Counted from the stretch's first letter, positions 1 to 9,889 are shown. The stretch: DNA of 55,061 bases from a virus (IMGVR_UViG_3300021420_000042:1-55061); one strand, 5' to 3'. Notes: generated from the letters alone by a model not told the origin. Numbers and translations are program-made.

Positions 1-282
1 ATCTATACCCAGACACCTGGTCAGACCCAGGAGCAAACCGACGATACCAAAGACCGGTTTGAAAAATCCGCAAAAGATCAACTCGACCGCGTCACGGTCG
101 ATATGCCCGGCGATGTCAATATCAATCCGGTCGGCCAGTTGACGTTGTCCGGCACGCAAACCGTATTCGACACCACCTATTCGATCAAAACGGTGGTGTG
201 GCGCTACTCGGTCGAGGAAGGTTTTCGTATGACGGTGACGGCACAGAATCCGCCAGTGGCTGATGAGTTGGGCGCGGGCTAA
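1..282 (+). CDS. Baseplate hub / late control D-like protein, C-terminal part (partial)
   Basis: Open frame 1 from window edge (IYTQTPG...VTVDMPGD...YSVEEGFRMTVTAQNP...*) ending TAA at 282, directly upstream of the gpV-like spike gene; call is mainly from synteny. Confidence 0.6.
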   Translation: MYTQTPGQTQEQTDDTKDRFEKSAKDQLDRVTVDMPGDVNINPVGQLTLSGTQTVFDTTYSIKTVVWRYSVEEGFRMTVTAQNPPVADELGAG

Positions 283-284
283 TC

Positions 285-1223
285 ATGTTTGAACAATTCA
301 TGTCGGTGATCAGGCGCGAGATCGAGCGCTCGATGCGCAAGGTGCATAAGGCGACGCGCGTCGGTTTGGTGTCGAGCTACGACAAGGTCAATCACGCCGT
401 CAAGGTCCGGATACAGCCGGAAGGCACCGAGACCGGTTGGATTCCGCTGACTGGCGTCGCGGTCGGAAACCAGTTCGGAATCATGTCGGCGCCGTTTCCG
501 ATGGACCAGGTCGAGGTGCATTTTCACGAAGGCCAGATGATGGTCGGCCGCATCGGCACGCGGTTTTTTTCCAAGGAGGATGCACCGCCGCAGATCGATC
601 CTGGCGAACATCTCATCATCCATCAAAGCGGCGCATCGACCTATTTCAAGGCTGACGGCACCGTTATTATCGGTGGCGCGTCTACCAACAAGACCGGTAA
701 ACAGGGCGGCGGCACGTCCGGCAATCTCACGACGGGCCAATCCACAGGTGCGGCAGACCAGACGCCGCCGATGAAGCAAACGCCGCAGCCGAACGCGCAA
801 CAGACCATCACGCTCAAGCCGGACGGCACCATGGTGATCAGCGTGCCGAACAACGACATGAACGTCACGGTCGGGCCGCCGCAGGCCCAGCCGTGGAGCG
901 GCGGCGGTGGTAAGCCAACCCCGGCATCGACAAGTTACAATCTGACCAGCGATCATCAAGTCAATATCACGGCGACCAACAAGGACGTGACCGTTACCGC
1001 GGGCAAGACCAAGGTCAACGTCGCGGCCAACCAGGGCATCAACCTTTCGTCATCGCAGGGCGATATCAATATTCTGGCGTCGTCCGGCAACATCAATCTG
1101 CCGGTGCCTGGCGGCAAAGTCGTGATCGCCAACGGCACCAAAAAGGTCGCCATGTTGGGCACCGTCGATACTGGCGGCTACATGGATATCGCCGCGTTGG
1201 CCGCACAGGCGTTAGTACAATGA
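285..1223 (+). CDS. Baseplate spike / assembly protein V (gpV-like)
   Basis: N-terminal OB-fold-like segment (RVGLVSSYD..HAVKVRIQPEGTETGWIP) followed by beta-helix-like repeats; baseplate synteny. Confidence 0.8.
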   Translation: MFEQFMSVIRREIERSMRKVHKATRVGLVSSYDKVNHAVKVRIQPEGTETGWIPLTGVAVGNQFGIMSAPFPMDQVEVHFHEGQMMVGRIGTRFFSKEDAPPQIDPGEHLIIHQSGASTYFKADGTVIIGGASTNKTGKQGGGTSGNLTTGQSTGAADQTPPMKQTPQPNAQQTITLKPDGTMVISVPNNDMNVTVGPPQAQPWSGGGGKPTPASTSYNLTSDHQVNITATNKDVTVTAGKTKVNVAANQGINLSSSQGDINILASSGNINLPVPGGKVVIANGTKKVAMLGTVDTGGYMDIAALAAQALVQ

Positions 1224-2095
1224 GCGACCTGAAATTTTTCATCGGCGTCAACGACGGCATCATGGCGGTCTACAACGTTGCGATGCCAATCACGATTGGC
1301 GGCGCGCTGAGCGGTCTGCAATATGTGATCTATAACGACGGCAAAGGCGAGATCGAAGCGGCGACCGGCGTTGGGATTCGCACCACGTTCGCCGATCCGT
1401 CGCCGTATCAGACCTATCTTAACAGTTGGCTTACTGCCGCAGCCGCAGCCGCGCCGGCCCTGACCCTGGCGCAGGCGCAGCAAATCAAGACAGAAATGGT
1501 CAAGGCGATTTTCGATGCCAAGCGGCAAAGCGCGCTGGCCTATACGGTTTCGGCTGGTGCCTATAGCTGGGATTGTTCCGATCAGGCCATCATCGCGCTT
1601 AACACCGCCTTTGCGGTGGCGATGCAAGGCGGCGTGACCACAGCGTTGTCAGATTTGATCACTGCCATCGATGCGGCATTGACCTTGTTGAACAGCAATT
1701 GCTTGGGCAACGATCTTGGTCTTGGCCTGGCCATCACGGTGTTATCCGCTGCGGTGTCAGCAGGCACTGTCGTGTTGGATGCCGGCAGCATTGTCCTTCC
1801 TGCCAACGTACCAGCCGCGAACCAGGCCGCCGCTGGCTTGGAAGGCAATATCGTTCGCAACAGCGCGCCATCTCTTGGCGCGGCGGACGCCGTGCCGGTA
1901 GCGATGTCGTGGACTCCGATCGGGCATGCCATCGTGTCTCTGACATCGATCGACGCCTCTGGCTTAATGTCCGCCATTGCGACGCGCCGCGCCGCGGCGC
2001 TCTTGGCCGAACAGACTCTGATCGCCAATATCGCTGCGCTGACGACGGTGGCGCAAGTTGTCGCGTTCGACGTAACGGCCGGCTGGCCGTTCTGA
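1220..2095 (+). CDS. Tail-associated protein, DUF4376-like (tail fibre assembly type)
   Basis: ATGA overlap with gpV; TLAQAQQIK.. segment and C-terminal IAALTTVAQVVAFDVTAGWP resemble DUF4376-type proteins. Confidence 0.45.
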   Translation: MSDLKFFIGVNDGIMAVYNVAMPITIGGALSGLQYVIYNDGKGEIEAATGVGIRTTFADPSPYQTYLNSWLTAAAAAAPALTLAQAQQIKTEMVKAIFDAKRQSALAYTVSAGAYSWDCSDQAIIALNTAFAVAMQGGVTTALSDLITAIDAALTLLNSNCLGNDLGLGLAITVLSAAVSAGTVVLDAGSIVLPANVPAANQAAAGLEGNIVRNSAPSLGAADAVPVAMSWTPIGHAIVSLTSIDASGLMSAIATRRAAALLAEQTLIANIAALTTVAQVVAFDVTAGWPF

Positions 2096-2197
2096 TTTTT
2101 TCAATCGATTGGTGTAGCCGTCCCGCCGCGATCTACCTTTTACAAATTCATTCAGTGTTTTTTCGACACCGCATGTTTTGCACGTTTTAGTCGTCAT
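2096..2197 (-). pseudogene. Remnant of an HNH/endonuclease VII-type homing endonuclease (N-terminal Zn-finger only)
   Basis: MTTKTCKTCGVEKTLNEFVKGRSRRDGYTNRLKK resembles the CxxC..K...F......DG....CK.C N-terminus; the second Cys pair and nuclease domain are absent; AT-rich, antisense to tail operon. Confidence 0.55.
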
Positions 2198-2223
2198 TTC
2201 ATATACTTATCAGGCAATCGCTC

Positions 2224-2616
2224 ATGGCGCAAGACTTACAGCAATGGTGGGGCCAGGACCTGGCCTTGTCGCCATCCGGCGACCTCGCCACCGCCTATGG
2301 CTTGAACAAAGACAACCAGCGCATTTTTCGCAGGCTTTGCACCAACGGCTCACTGACCGGTGGGCGGGTCGGAGAATATCTGTTTCATCCAACATATGGC
2401 GGAAGCGCGCCTTGGTATGTCGGGCGCACCACCGATGAATTGCTGCTTGAGGGCATTGTGCGGTCGCAAATGTATTTGGAGGCTTCGGTCTTGCACGATC
2501 CGGAGCCTGACATCACGGCCACGCTGCATCCTGACGGCTCGTTCCAGGCGGTGATCAAATACACCAATGCTGCCGGTTTGGCGGTGCCGCCGTTGCTGTT
2601 GGAACTGACGGTTTAA
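2224..2616 (+). CDS. Baseplate wedge protein (gp25/gpW-like)
   Basis: DL...WGQDLALSPSGDL..RRLCTN..YLFHPTYG pattern; located just before baseplate J. Confidence 0.7.
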   Translation: MAQDLQQWWGQDLALSPSGDLATAYGLNKDNQRIFRRLCTNGSLTGGRVGEYLFHPTYGGSAPWYVGRTTDELLLEGIVRSQMYLEASVLHDPEPDITATLHPDGSFQAVIKYTNAAGLAVPPLLLELTV

Positions 2617-2659
2617 CTTTTCATTTTCATTTTAATTTTCTGTTTGGGGATTATTCGCA

Positions 2660-3826
2660 ATGGCATTGCCGTCTGCCCCATTTACCAAAACATTTGCGCA
2701 GATCGTCGCCGACTTCACCGCGCAGGCGCAAGCTTCATCCAACGTGCCGCTGGATTTTTCCGAAGGATCGATTTTTCTGGCGCTTGGTGAGGCGGTTGGC
2801 GGCAACGTCGATTGGCTGCAAAAGCTCTATCTGTTCGCGCTCTTGGTCGAGCGCTTGCAGACCAGTCAGGGTCCATGGGTCGATAGCTGGACCGCCGATT
2901 TCATGCCGGTTGTGCCCGGCACCAATTCGCCGCGACTGCCGGCCAGTCCGGCAGCCGGCATGGTGACATTCTCGCGCTTCGCGCCGCAGAGCCAGGTTGT
3001 TGTGCCGGTCGGCGCCCTGGTCGCGTCCTTCGATGGCAGCAAGGTTTATCAGGTCCATGTCGATCTGACCAACAGCGCCTATTCGGCCACCATCATTCCT
3101 GGCGGCGGTTACATTCTCCTTGCCGGCCAAAGCTCCCTCAATGTCGCCGTGACTGCGCTGACACCGGGATCGGGCGGCAATGTTCTGCCCAACACCATCA
3201 CGCTCATTCAATCGTCAATGGTCGGCATCGATGCTGTGACCAATCCGGCGCCTTTCGTCGTTGGACTTGATCCGGAAAGCGACGCGGCACTCAAGGCACG
3301 ATTCAAGCTGTTCATTCTGTCGTTGCGTGCCGGCACCGAAGGCGCGATCGGCTTTGCCATCACCTCGCTGCAACAGGGCCTGCAATACGTCATTCATGAA
3401 AACGTCGATCCGAACGGCGCCATCGATTACGGCGCGGTGACTGTGTACGTCGATGACGGGTCCGGCAATCCGCCTGCCACGACCGTGTCGTTGGCCAATG
3501 TTGCGGTCAACAACATTCGCGCTGCCGGCGTGCGGCCGGCCGTACTGGCCGCCACCACGTTGCTCGCCAACGTTTCGTTGAGCATTGCGATTGCTGCCGG
3601 CTATCAGCAACCGGCCGTGATCGCGGCCGTGCAGAATGCGGTCGGCGCCTATCTTGATGATCTCGGTCTGGAAACGTTGCTGCCATATACTATGATCGAG
3701 AATGTCGCCTATCAGGCATCGGCAGGTGTGACCAATGTCACATCCGTTCTGGTCAACGGCGGCACCGCCGATCTGACCCCAGGCATGGGGATTACCATCA
3801 AGGCCGGCATTCTGGCCGTGGCGTGA
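2660..3826 (+). CDS. Baseplate J-like protein
   Basis: DFSEGS, A.GMVTFSR, GSGGNV, G.DPESDAALKARF, GAVTVYVDDGSG motifs; 388 aa. Confidence 0.92.
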   Translation: MALPSAPFTKTFAQIVADFTAQAQASSNVPLDFSEGSIFLALGEAVGGNVDWLQKLYLFALLVERLQTSQGPWVDSWTADFMPVVPGTNSPRLPASPAAGMVTFSRFAPQSQVVVPVGALVASFDGSKVYQVHVDLTNSAYSATIIPGGGYILLAGQSSLNVAVTALTPGSGGNVLPNTITLIQSSMVGIDAVTNPAPFVVGLDPESDAALKARFKLFILSLRAGTEGAIGFAITSLQQGLQYVIHENVDPNGAIDYGAVTVYVDDGSGNPPATTVSLANVAVNNIRAAGVRPAVLAATTLLANVSLSIAIAAGYQQPAVIAAVQNAVGAYLDDLGLETLLPYTMIENVAYQASAGVTNVTSVLVNGGTADLTPGMGITIKAGILAVA

Positions 3827-3836
3827 GGGCAGCGCT

Positions 3837-5738
3837 ATGGCAACCGGCGACCAGATCGATTTCAAGCACCGCATCGCGCATCTGATTCCACCGTCGTGGT
3901 TTCATGGCGGTCAGGTGCCGGTGCGCGATCTATTGACCATGGCTGCCGGTAAGAATCTTGGCGACATTTATGCTCTTGAACAATATGTGTTGTTGCAGAC
4001 CCGCATCGCCAGTTCAAGCGGCGTTTGGCTCGATCGCATCGCCTATGATTTTTGCGGCCCGCGCTTGCCGCGTCGCAACAATGAGCCTGATGGCGCCTAT
4101 CGCATTCGCATCATCGCCGAGATTTTTCGCCCGCGCCAGACCAGGGCCGGCATCATCAAGGCGCTGACTGATCTGACCGGCAAGGTGCCGGAGCTTTATG
4201 AACTGTGGAATCCAGGCGACTGCGGCGCCTATGCGTCCGTTATCGATCAGCCGGCGCCAACGACCTGGAATCCGGCCGACAATGGCGGCGCCATTTTATC
4301 CAACGGCAATCTGACCGCAACCGGTCAGGCGAATACCTACACAACGGTGCGCTCGACCACGTCGCATGCGACCGGCAAGTGCTACGCCGAGTTGGTGTTC
4401 GGTGCAGGCGGCGGTGTCGTGGTCACTGGCTTGACCGATATCACCACAGTGCTTTCCAATTATCTTGGAGCGTCCGGCGTCGGAGCCGGGGTACAGCCCA
4501 ATCAGCCGGTGATATTGCACTCCGTCATGACGCTGCCAAGTGGCGGCAGCGACGGGTTCGGCACGCCGTCATTCGTCAATGGCGATGTCTTGCAGATCGC
4601 CGTCGATTTCGGCGCCGGCAAGATTTGGTTTGGCAAGAACGGAACGTGGGCCAACTCCGGCAATCCGGCAACCGGCGCCAATCCGACTGCCAGCTTCACG
4701 GCGCCGTTGTCGTTGTATCTTGCCGTTTCGGTCTACTTTTCCGGTGACGTTGTTACGCTGCGCACCCTGGCCTCGCAGATAACCTACACCGTGCCGACAG
4801 GATTTGTGACCTGGGATCAGGTCACGCCGTTGGCTGTGACGACGCCGATCACGTCGTTCGCCTACGACTGCGCCGGCATGTACGGCGACTTGACGCTGCG
4901 CAACCAGATTTTCATCACCGCGTTGCGCGCCGATGCCGCGACGGTTAACGGTGTCAGCGGCTACGGCAGCGTTGGCGGCGGCTACGATGTTGGCGCGCTC
5001 GAATACATCCAAGATGTTTGGGTCACCGCCCTGATCACCGATGCCGACATGTACGCGACCGTCGCGGCAACTGTCGCCGCTGGCATGACGGGATGGACAG
5101 CCATCGCTGACGTATTCAATCCGCCGCCAGTCATCACCGCACCGGTCGCGCCGCCGACCACCTGGAACGTGGCCGATGCCGGTCCGTTTATCGCGTTGTC
5201 CAATAATAATTTGACGGCAACATGCGCGCCTGGTGCGCCGTCCGGTTGGAATACGGTGCGCTCGACCACTTTTCGCGGTGCCGGCAAGCTCTATGCCGAG
5301 ATGCAGGTGGTGCGGACGAACGGTAGCATAAGCGGCCCGTTAGGCGGGTTTGCCAACATGTCGTTGCCGGTCACGGATTATATTTCACACAGCAGTGGCG
5401 CCGGTACGGCCATCACGACAAGCAACCCTACCGTTTTTGACGTTGCTATGACGACGGTCAACGGCCCGACCGGGTTTGGCACGCCGTCGTTTGTGGTCGG
5501 CGACATCATGAATTTCGCCATCGATTTCAGCCTTGGTTATATCTGGTTTGGCAAGAACGGCACCTGGGATGCATCTGGCAATCCCGCAACCGGTGCCAAT
5601 CCAAACGTGTCGTTTACGCTGGGACGAATGTTGTACCTTGCTATGTCTGGCGGGTTTCTAAGCCATGCGTTGGCGCTGCGCACCACGGCAGCACAATTCA
5701 CCAACACGGTGCCGGCCGGATTTTCGCCCTGGTACTAA
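3837..5738 (+). CDS. Baseplate wedge protein (gpI-like) with two SPRY/concanavalin-like domains
   Basis: N-terminal LQTRIASSSGVWLDRIAYDF..RRNNEPDGAYRIRI after baseplate J; two copies of TTWN..D..LSN.NLTAT..VRSTT..GK.YAE..GD....A.DF..G.IWFGKNGTW..SGNPATGANP. Confidence 0.75.
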   Translation: MATGDQIDFKHRIAHLIPPSWFHGGQVPVRDLLTMAAGKNLGDIYALEQYVLLQTRIASSSGVWLDRIAYDFCGPRLPRRNNEPDGAYRIRIIAEIFRPRQTRAGIIKALTDLTGKVPELYELWNPGDCGAYASVIDQPAPTTWNPADNGGAILSNGNLTATGQANTYTTVRSTTSHATGKCYAELVFGAGGGVVVTGLTDITTVLSNYLGASGVGAGVQPNQPVILHSVMTLPSGGSDGFGTPSFVNGDVLQIAVDFGAGKIWFGKNGTWANSGNPATGANPTASFTAPLSLYLAVSVYFSGDVVTLRTLASQITYTVPTGFVTWDQVTPLAVTTPITSFAYDCAGMYGDLTLRNQIFITALRADAATVNGVSGYGSVGGGYDVGALEYIQDVWVTALITDADMYATVAATVAAGMTGWTAIADVFNPPPVITAPVAPPTTWNVADAGPFIALSNNNLTATCAPGAPSGWNTVRSTTFRGAGKLYAEMQVVRTNGSISGPLGGFANMSLPVTDYISHSSGAGTAITTSNPTVFDVAMTTVNGPTGFGTPSFVVGDIMNFAIDFSLGYIWFGKNGTWDASGNPATGANPNVSFTLGRMLYLAMSGGFLSHALALRTTAAQFTNTVPAGFSPWY

Positions 5739-5767
5739 AAACCATTTTCCTGACTCCAACAGATCGA

Positions 5768-5794
5768 GCCGCGCGTCGCGCGGCTTTTTCATTT
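5768..5794 (+). terminator. Intrinsic terminator/attenuator-like hairpin before tail fibre gene
   Basis: AGCCGCGC-GTC-GCGCGGCT followed by TTTTCATTTT. Confidence 0.55.
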
Positions 5795-5809
5795 TGAGGA
5801 CCTTCCACA

Positions 5810-8101
5810 ATGGACCGTCAAACAATCTATTCCGGCCAATTGCCGCGCACCGTCGATCTGTTGCAGACCCAGCAGAACATGATGGTCGCTTTGGCCAAGT
5901 TGAGCCAGAGCGTGCTTGGCACGCCAACCATCGTTGACGGTTTTACTTGCACGCCGACCGCGCCAACGGCGACGATGAACGTCATTCTGACGCCCGGCAC
6001 GCTTTATCAATTGGAAAACCTGGAACAATCGGCATGGTCGTCGCTGCCGGCCATCACCTCGGCATCCATTATCAAGCAAGGCATCCAGCTTGCGCCGGTT
6101 ACTCTGACGCTGCCTGGCGCGCCGTCAACGATAGGCTACAGCCAGTTCTATTTGCTTGAGCTTGCCTATCAGGATTTGGACGGCGGATCGCTGGTGCTGC
6201 CGTACTACAATGCGGCCAATCCGCAGGCGAATTTCTCTGGACCGGCCAACGATGGTCTGGCGCAAAACACCATCCGCCAAGGCGCCGTCGCCTACCAACT
6301 AAAAGCTGGCGTTGCCGCGCCGACATCGACGGCGACCGTTCCGTCCGCCGATCCAGGCTATATCGGTGTGTTCGCCATTGAATTGAGCTACGGCCAAACC
6401 ACCATTACGTCCGGCAGCATCACCAATGTGATTGGTGCGATGCCGGCGCTCCCGACCGCCAATATGCCGTTCATTCCCGTGACTCTGCCGCAAGTGCCGG
6501 TGTCGAGCCAGGCTGGCCTTTGGACCTATGCGGCGGACACGTCTCTCGGCGCTCAGTTTGCGACCTCCGGGACGACATCCACGTCGAGCGCGGTTCTGTC
6601 TCTGTCTGCTGTCACCAACATCGTGGTTGGCATGAAGGCGTTCGATATTACGACGCCTGGTGCCATTGTGAGCGCTCAGACCGTGCTGTCGATCAACACT
6701 GGCGCCCATACCGTTACGCTCAGTGCCAACGTAGACGCTGCGGTTGGCAACGGCGACACGATTGCGTTCGCCACCAACCTGTTGGTGGCCAATCCGTTCT
6801 ATCCGCCGATCTCCACGCTGATCGTCGGCATGGCGCTGCGCGTCAAGCTTGCCCACGCCAACACTGGCCCGCTGACTCTCGATGTCGGAACCGGCGCCAA
6901 TCCGGTGGTGCGTGCCAATATGTCGGCCTGCGTTGGCGGCGATTTCCCTCTCAATGCCGTGCTTGATCTGGTCTGGGATGGCTCGCATTGGCAGGTCATG
7001 AATTATTTCGGCCCGCTTGGCGGCGGTAGCTCGATCACCAACAATTACTATTCTGGCGGCGGTATTCCGTATTGTGCTGATACTTCGGTAACAGCCAACC
7101 TGATTACGGCGCCGTTCAATCCCGCCATTACCACGCCAACGGCCGGCCTTGTCGTAGTGGTCAAGCTTGCTAATACGGTGACCGGTGCGACCACGATCAC
7201 GGTCAATGCGCTTGGTGCCGTTGCGGTTGTCAATCAGTTGCTGCAGCCCCTGACCGCAGGCGTGGCGGTTGCCGGCGAAATGCTGATCATGACTTACACC
7301 GGAACGGTCTGGCAAATTTTTGTGGCCGGACTCGGTGTGGTTATTTCACCGCCTGGTTTTGCCAGCTATGTCGATCTGATCGGTTCTGCGCCCGGCAACA
7401 CCAAGACGGCCAGTTGGACCGTAGGCGAACTGATCGCCGAAAATATTCTCGGCGGCACGGCGTACAAGGGCGCCAATCTGTCGCTGTCGTTCAACGGCGG
7501 CGGGACCGGCGCCAACGGTATGGACACTGGTGCGACGCCGATCAGTGCCGACGTGTCGGTGTATGCGATCTTCAATCCAGGCACAAGCACTTGGAGTACG
7601 TTGGGCTGTGCCGGCACCACCTCGAACGGCCGCGTTTATGCCGGCGCCAATATGCCGGCCGGTTATGTCGCGTCTTGTTTGATCTGGTCTGGCAAAGCCG
7701 ATGGCTCCGGCAATTTGGGGCAATTCGTTCAGTGCAACAGCAACATCGATATCGTACCTAACCAGATTTTCAACAACGTGACTGCTCCGCTTGTCGGTGG
7801 GCAATCGACGTATGCTGGCCAAGGCATTTCTGGTGCCGTGCCGGCCAACGCACGTTTTGCCAAAGGCTTGTTGGAAAATGATTTCGGTCCGTCAACCACG
7901 CCGACCGGCGTGAGTTCGGTGCCGACCGCCTATGCCAACCCGATGGGCACCGTGTTCGTTCCAACTGGTCTGGGGGCGCAATGGGGCAACAGCGGTTTTC
8001 TGTTTTTCATCGATCTTCGGCTCGCTACGGCGCAGACCGTTTATTGGATGGGGCCTCCCGGATCGGCAAATGCGATGTGGGTTTCCGGCTATCGCATCTG
8101 A
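5810..8101 (+). CDS. Tail fibre protein
   Basis: N-terminal MDRQTIYSGQLP..IIKQGI..LPYYNAANP anchor; two Y.ADTS..NL...F.P.I..L..G....VKLA...TG..T..V repeats; G/T/A-rich C-terminal domain; GAGGA RBS. Confidence 0.85.
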   Translation: MDRQTIYSGQLPRTVDLLQTQQNMMVALAKLSQSVLGTPTIVDGFTCTPTAPTATMNVILTPGTLYQLENLEQSAWSSLPAITSASIIKQGIQLAPVTLTLPGAPSTIGYSQFYLLELAYQDLDGGSLVLPYYNAANPQANFSGPANDGLAQNTIRQGAVAYQLKAGVAAPTSTATVPSADPGYIGVFAIELSYGQTTITSGSITNVIGAMPALPTANMPFIPVTLPQVPVSSQAGLWTYAADTSLGAQFATSGTTSTSSAVLSLSAVTNIVVGMKAFDITTPGAIVSAQTVLSINTGAHTVTLSANVDAAVGNGDTIAFATNLLVANPFYPPISTLIVGMALRVKLAHANTGPLTLDVGTGANPVVRANMSACVGGDFPLNAVLDLVWDGSHWQVMNYFGPLGGGSSITNNYYSGGGIPYCADTSVTANLITAPFNPAITTPTAGLVVVVKLANTVTGATTITVNALGAVAVVNQLLQPLTAGVAVAGEMLIMTYTGTVWQIFVAGLGVVISPPGFASYVDLIGSAPGNTKTASWTVGELIAENILGGTAYKGANLSLSFNGGGTGANGMDTGATPISADVSVYAIFNPGTSTWSTLGCAGTTSNGRVYAGANMPAGYVASCLIWSGKADGSGNLGQFVQCNSNIDIVPNQIFNNVTAPLVGGQSTYAGQGISGAVPANARFAKGLLENDFGPSTTPTGVSSVPTAYANPMGTVFVPTGLGAQWGNSGFLFFIDLRLATAQTVYWMGPPGSANAMWVSGYRI

Positions 8102-8128
8102 TTTTTTCAAAACATTTTGGAGGTCGCC

Positions 8129-8977
8129 ATGGCGGCATCAAGTTATGATGATTGCTTGTCGCGTTGCTTGGTCCATGAAGGTGGCTATTGCAACGACGCT
8201 GGTGATCCTGGCGGACCAACCAATTTTGGCATCACGATCGCTGATGCAAATCTGCACGCCGCCAAGTATGGCTGGATCAAAGGTCGCAAGGTCACCATCG
8301 CCGACATGAGGGCGATGCCGCTGTCGTTTGCCAAGCTGGTCTATCGTGGCGAATACTGGGACTCGTTGCGCTGCGATGACCTGCCGGCCGGCGTAGACGA
8401 TTCGGTGTTCGATTACGGTGTCAACTCCGGCATCGGACGCAGCGGTAAAGTGTTGCGCCGGCTGATCGGCATGCCGGACACGACATACATCGTGACCGAC
8501 GCGGAGATTGCCGCGATCAACAAGCGTGATCCGATCGCGCTGTTCAATGCCATCGATGCCGAGCGGCTGACGTTCCTGCGTTCGCTTGGCCGTATGCGAA
8601 AATTTCTGCCGGGCTGGACCACGCGCGTCAACGAGGTGCGATCGTTCTCGCTGCATCTGGCCAAGGTCGCGGCCAGCGTGCCGCCGCTGCATCCGCCGCT
8701 TACGCCGACCGCACCGAGCATCGATAGTCCGATGGCCAAGGGCGCCGTGCCATCTCCGGTGACACCGGTTCGGATCGGTACGTCCGGCGCTGCCGTTGTG
8801 GGCGCAGGCACGGTTCTGGCGCAGACCACCTCCCCTGAGATCGCACTTGCCGCTGCCCTGGTGGGCGGCGGCGCGGCGCTGGCGTGGGGCTTGTGGGCGC
8901 ATCGGCGATACCTTGCCACGTTCAACGAGCAACAGGAGCGTGCCGTGTCCGTTTTTGCCGTGGTGCCTCCGGTGTAA
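8129..8977 (+). CDS. Endolysin, glycoside hydrolase family 108, with C-terminal hydrophobic segment
   Basis: HEGGYCNDAGDPGGPTNFGIT, LPAGVD..VFDYGVNSG and GW..RV motifs; GGAGG RBS before ATG 8129. Confidence 0.92.
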   Translation: MAASSYDDCLSRCLVHEGGYCNDAGDPGGPTNFGITIADANLHAAKYGWIKGRKVTIADMRAMPLSFAKLVYRGEYWDSLRCDDLPAGVDDSVFDYGVNSGIGRSGKVLRRLIGMPDTTYIVTDAEIAAINKRDPIALFNAIDAERLTFLRSLGRMRKFLPGWTTRVNEVRSFSLHLAKVAASVPPLHPPLTPTAPSIDSPMAKGAVPSPVTPVRIGTSGAAVVGAGTVLAQTTSPEIALAAALVGGGAALAWGLWAHRRYLATFNEQQERAVSVFAVVPPV

Positions 8978-9019
8978 ACCGCACAATCTTTTTATAACAA
9001 ACAAAAGCGGAGGTCCGCC

Positions 9020-9769
9020 GTGGCAGAACTTGTCGTATTTCACTGTGGCATGCCGAGCGAACAAAAGATCATCAAGGCGGCGTTCCCCGACAACGTCGTG
9101 CTGAGCGGAACCGACAAGTTCAATCTGCCTGATCTGGTGCCGGCCGGCACGACACGGCTGGTCTCGATCGGACTGTGCGGTGGCCTTTACGGGTCGCTGA
9201 AAGTAGCCGGCGTGGCGCTGGCGAGCTTCCTGGTCGATGGCCAGGGCAACAAGTGGCCCTGTGACCGCACCTGGAACGTCAGGTTGCTGCGCTTGGCCAA
9301 GATCGCAACCGACCCGGTAGCGTCGCCGACCAATCCAGATTCTTACGACACGGTGCCGGCCGCATGGGCGGCCGGCGTCCGAACCTGTCCGTGGTATTCC
9401 TCCGGCGTCATGGATCAAGGCGATACCGTGCCGCAGCGCCAGGCGCTGTTCGCCGCAACGGGTGCCATGGCGATCGATGACGAGTCGATCTATAGCGCCA
9501 AGGAAGCCAAGCGCCGCGGCATTGCCTTCAATATCGCGCGCCCCTTGTCGGACGATGCTTCGGAAACACTGCCGTTTGCGTTGCGCGGCAGGATCATGAA
9601 CGCCAACGGGTCCGCCAATCTGCCGTATTTCCTGAGTCAGATCGCCACCGAGCCGCTGTGGCAGACGTTGCAAATTCCCAAGATCATCATGGATTACAAC
9701 GCCTCGCTGGCCGCCTTGCGTGCGTTGACGCAAGCAATGAGCGGTTCGCCGACGTTTCACAACTCGTAA
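9020..9769 (+). CDS. Nucleoside phosphorylase superfamily protein, HpnG (hopanoid-associated phosphorylase)-like
   Basis: LVSIGLCGGL, ALFAATGAMAIDDES (variant of DMES), RPLSDDASETLP; GGAGG RBS and GTG start. Confidence 0.75.
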   Translation: MAELVVFHCGMPSEQKIIKAAFPDNVVLSGTDKFNLPDLVPAGTTRLVSIGLCGGLYGSLKVAGVALASFLVDGQGNKWPCDRTWNVRLLRLAKIATDPVASPTNPDSYDTVPAAWAAGVRTCPWYSSGVMDQGDTVPQRQALFAATGAMAIDDESIYSAKEAKRRGIAFNIARPLSDDASETLPFALRGRIMNANGSANLPYFLSQIATEPLWQTLQIPKIIMDYNASLAALRALTQAMSGSPTFHNS

Positions 9770-9889
9770 GACCTTTGCGTAACCGGTCTAACTCCGGCAC
9801 GTCATTGCCCGGTGCCGGTTGCGGGTATAGAGCCGCACTATCAAACAAATAATAAACCGTTCGTTCCCTTGTCCAGCGATGGAGTTCAT

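Noticed and set aside
4250-5735. Duplicated domains as a DGR template/variable repeat pair
   Set aside because: Differences are mostly synonymous and not adenine-specific, both copies are coding, and there is no reverse transcriptase in the window
8138-9760. 540-aa minus-strand ORF and other long antisense ORFs (6299-7315, 10115-11146, 12161-12889, 41401-42183)
   Set aside because: Shadow frames of well-supported genes in GC-rich DNA, with no recognisable motifs
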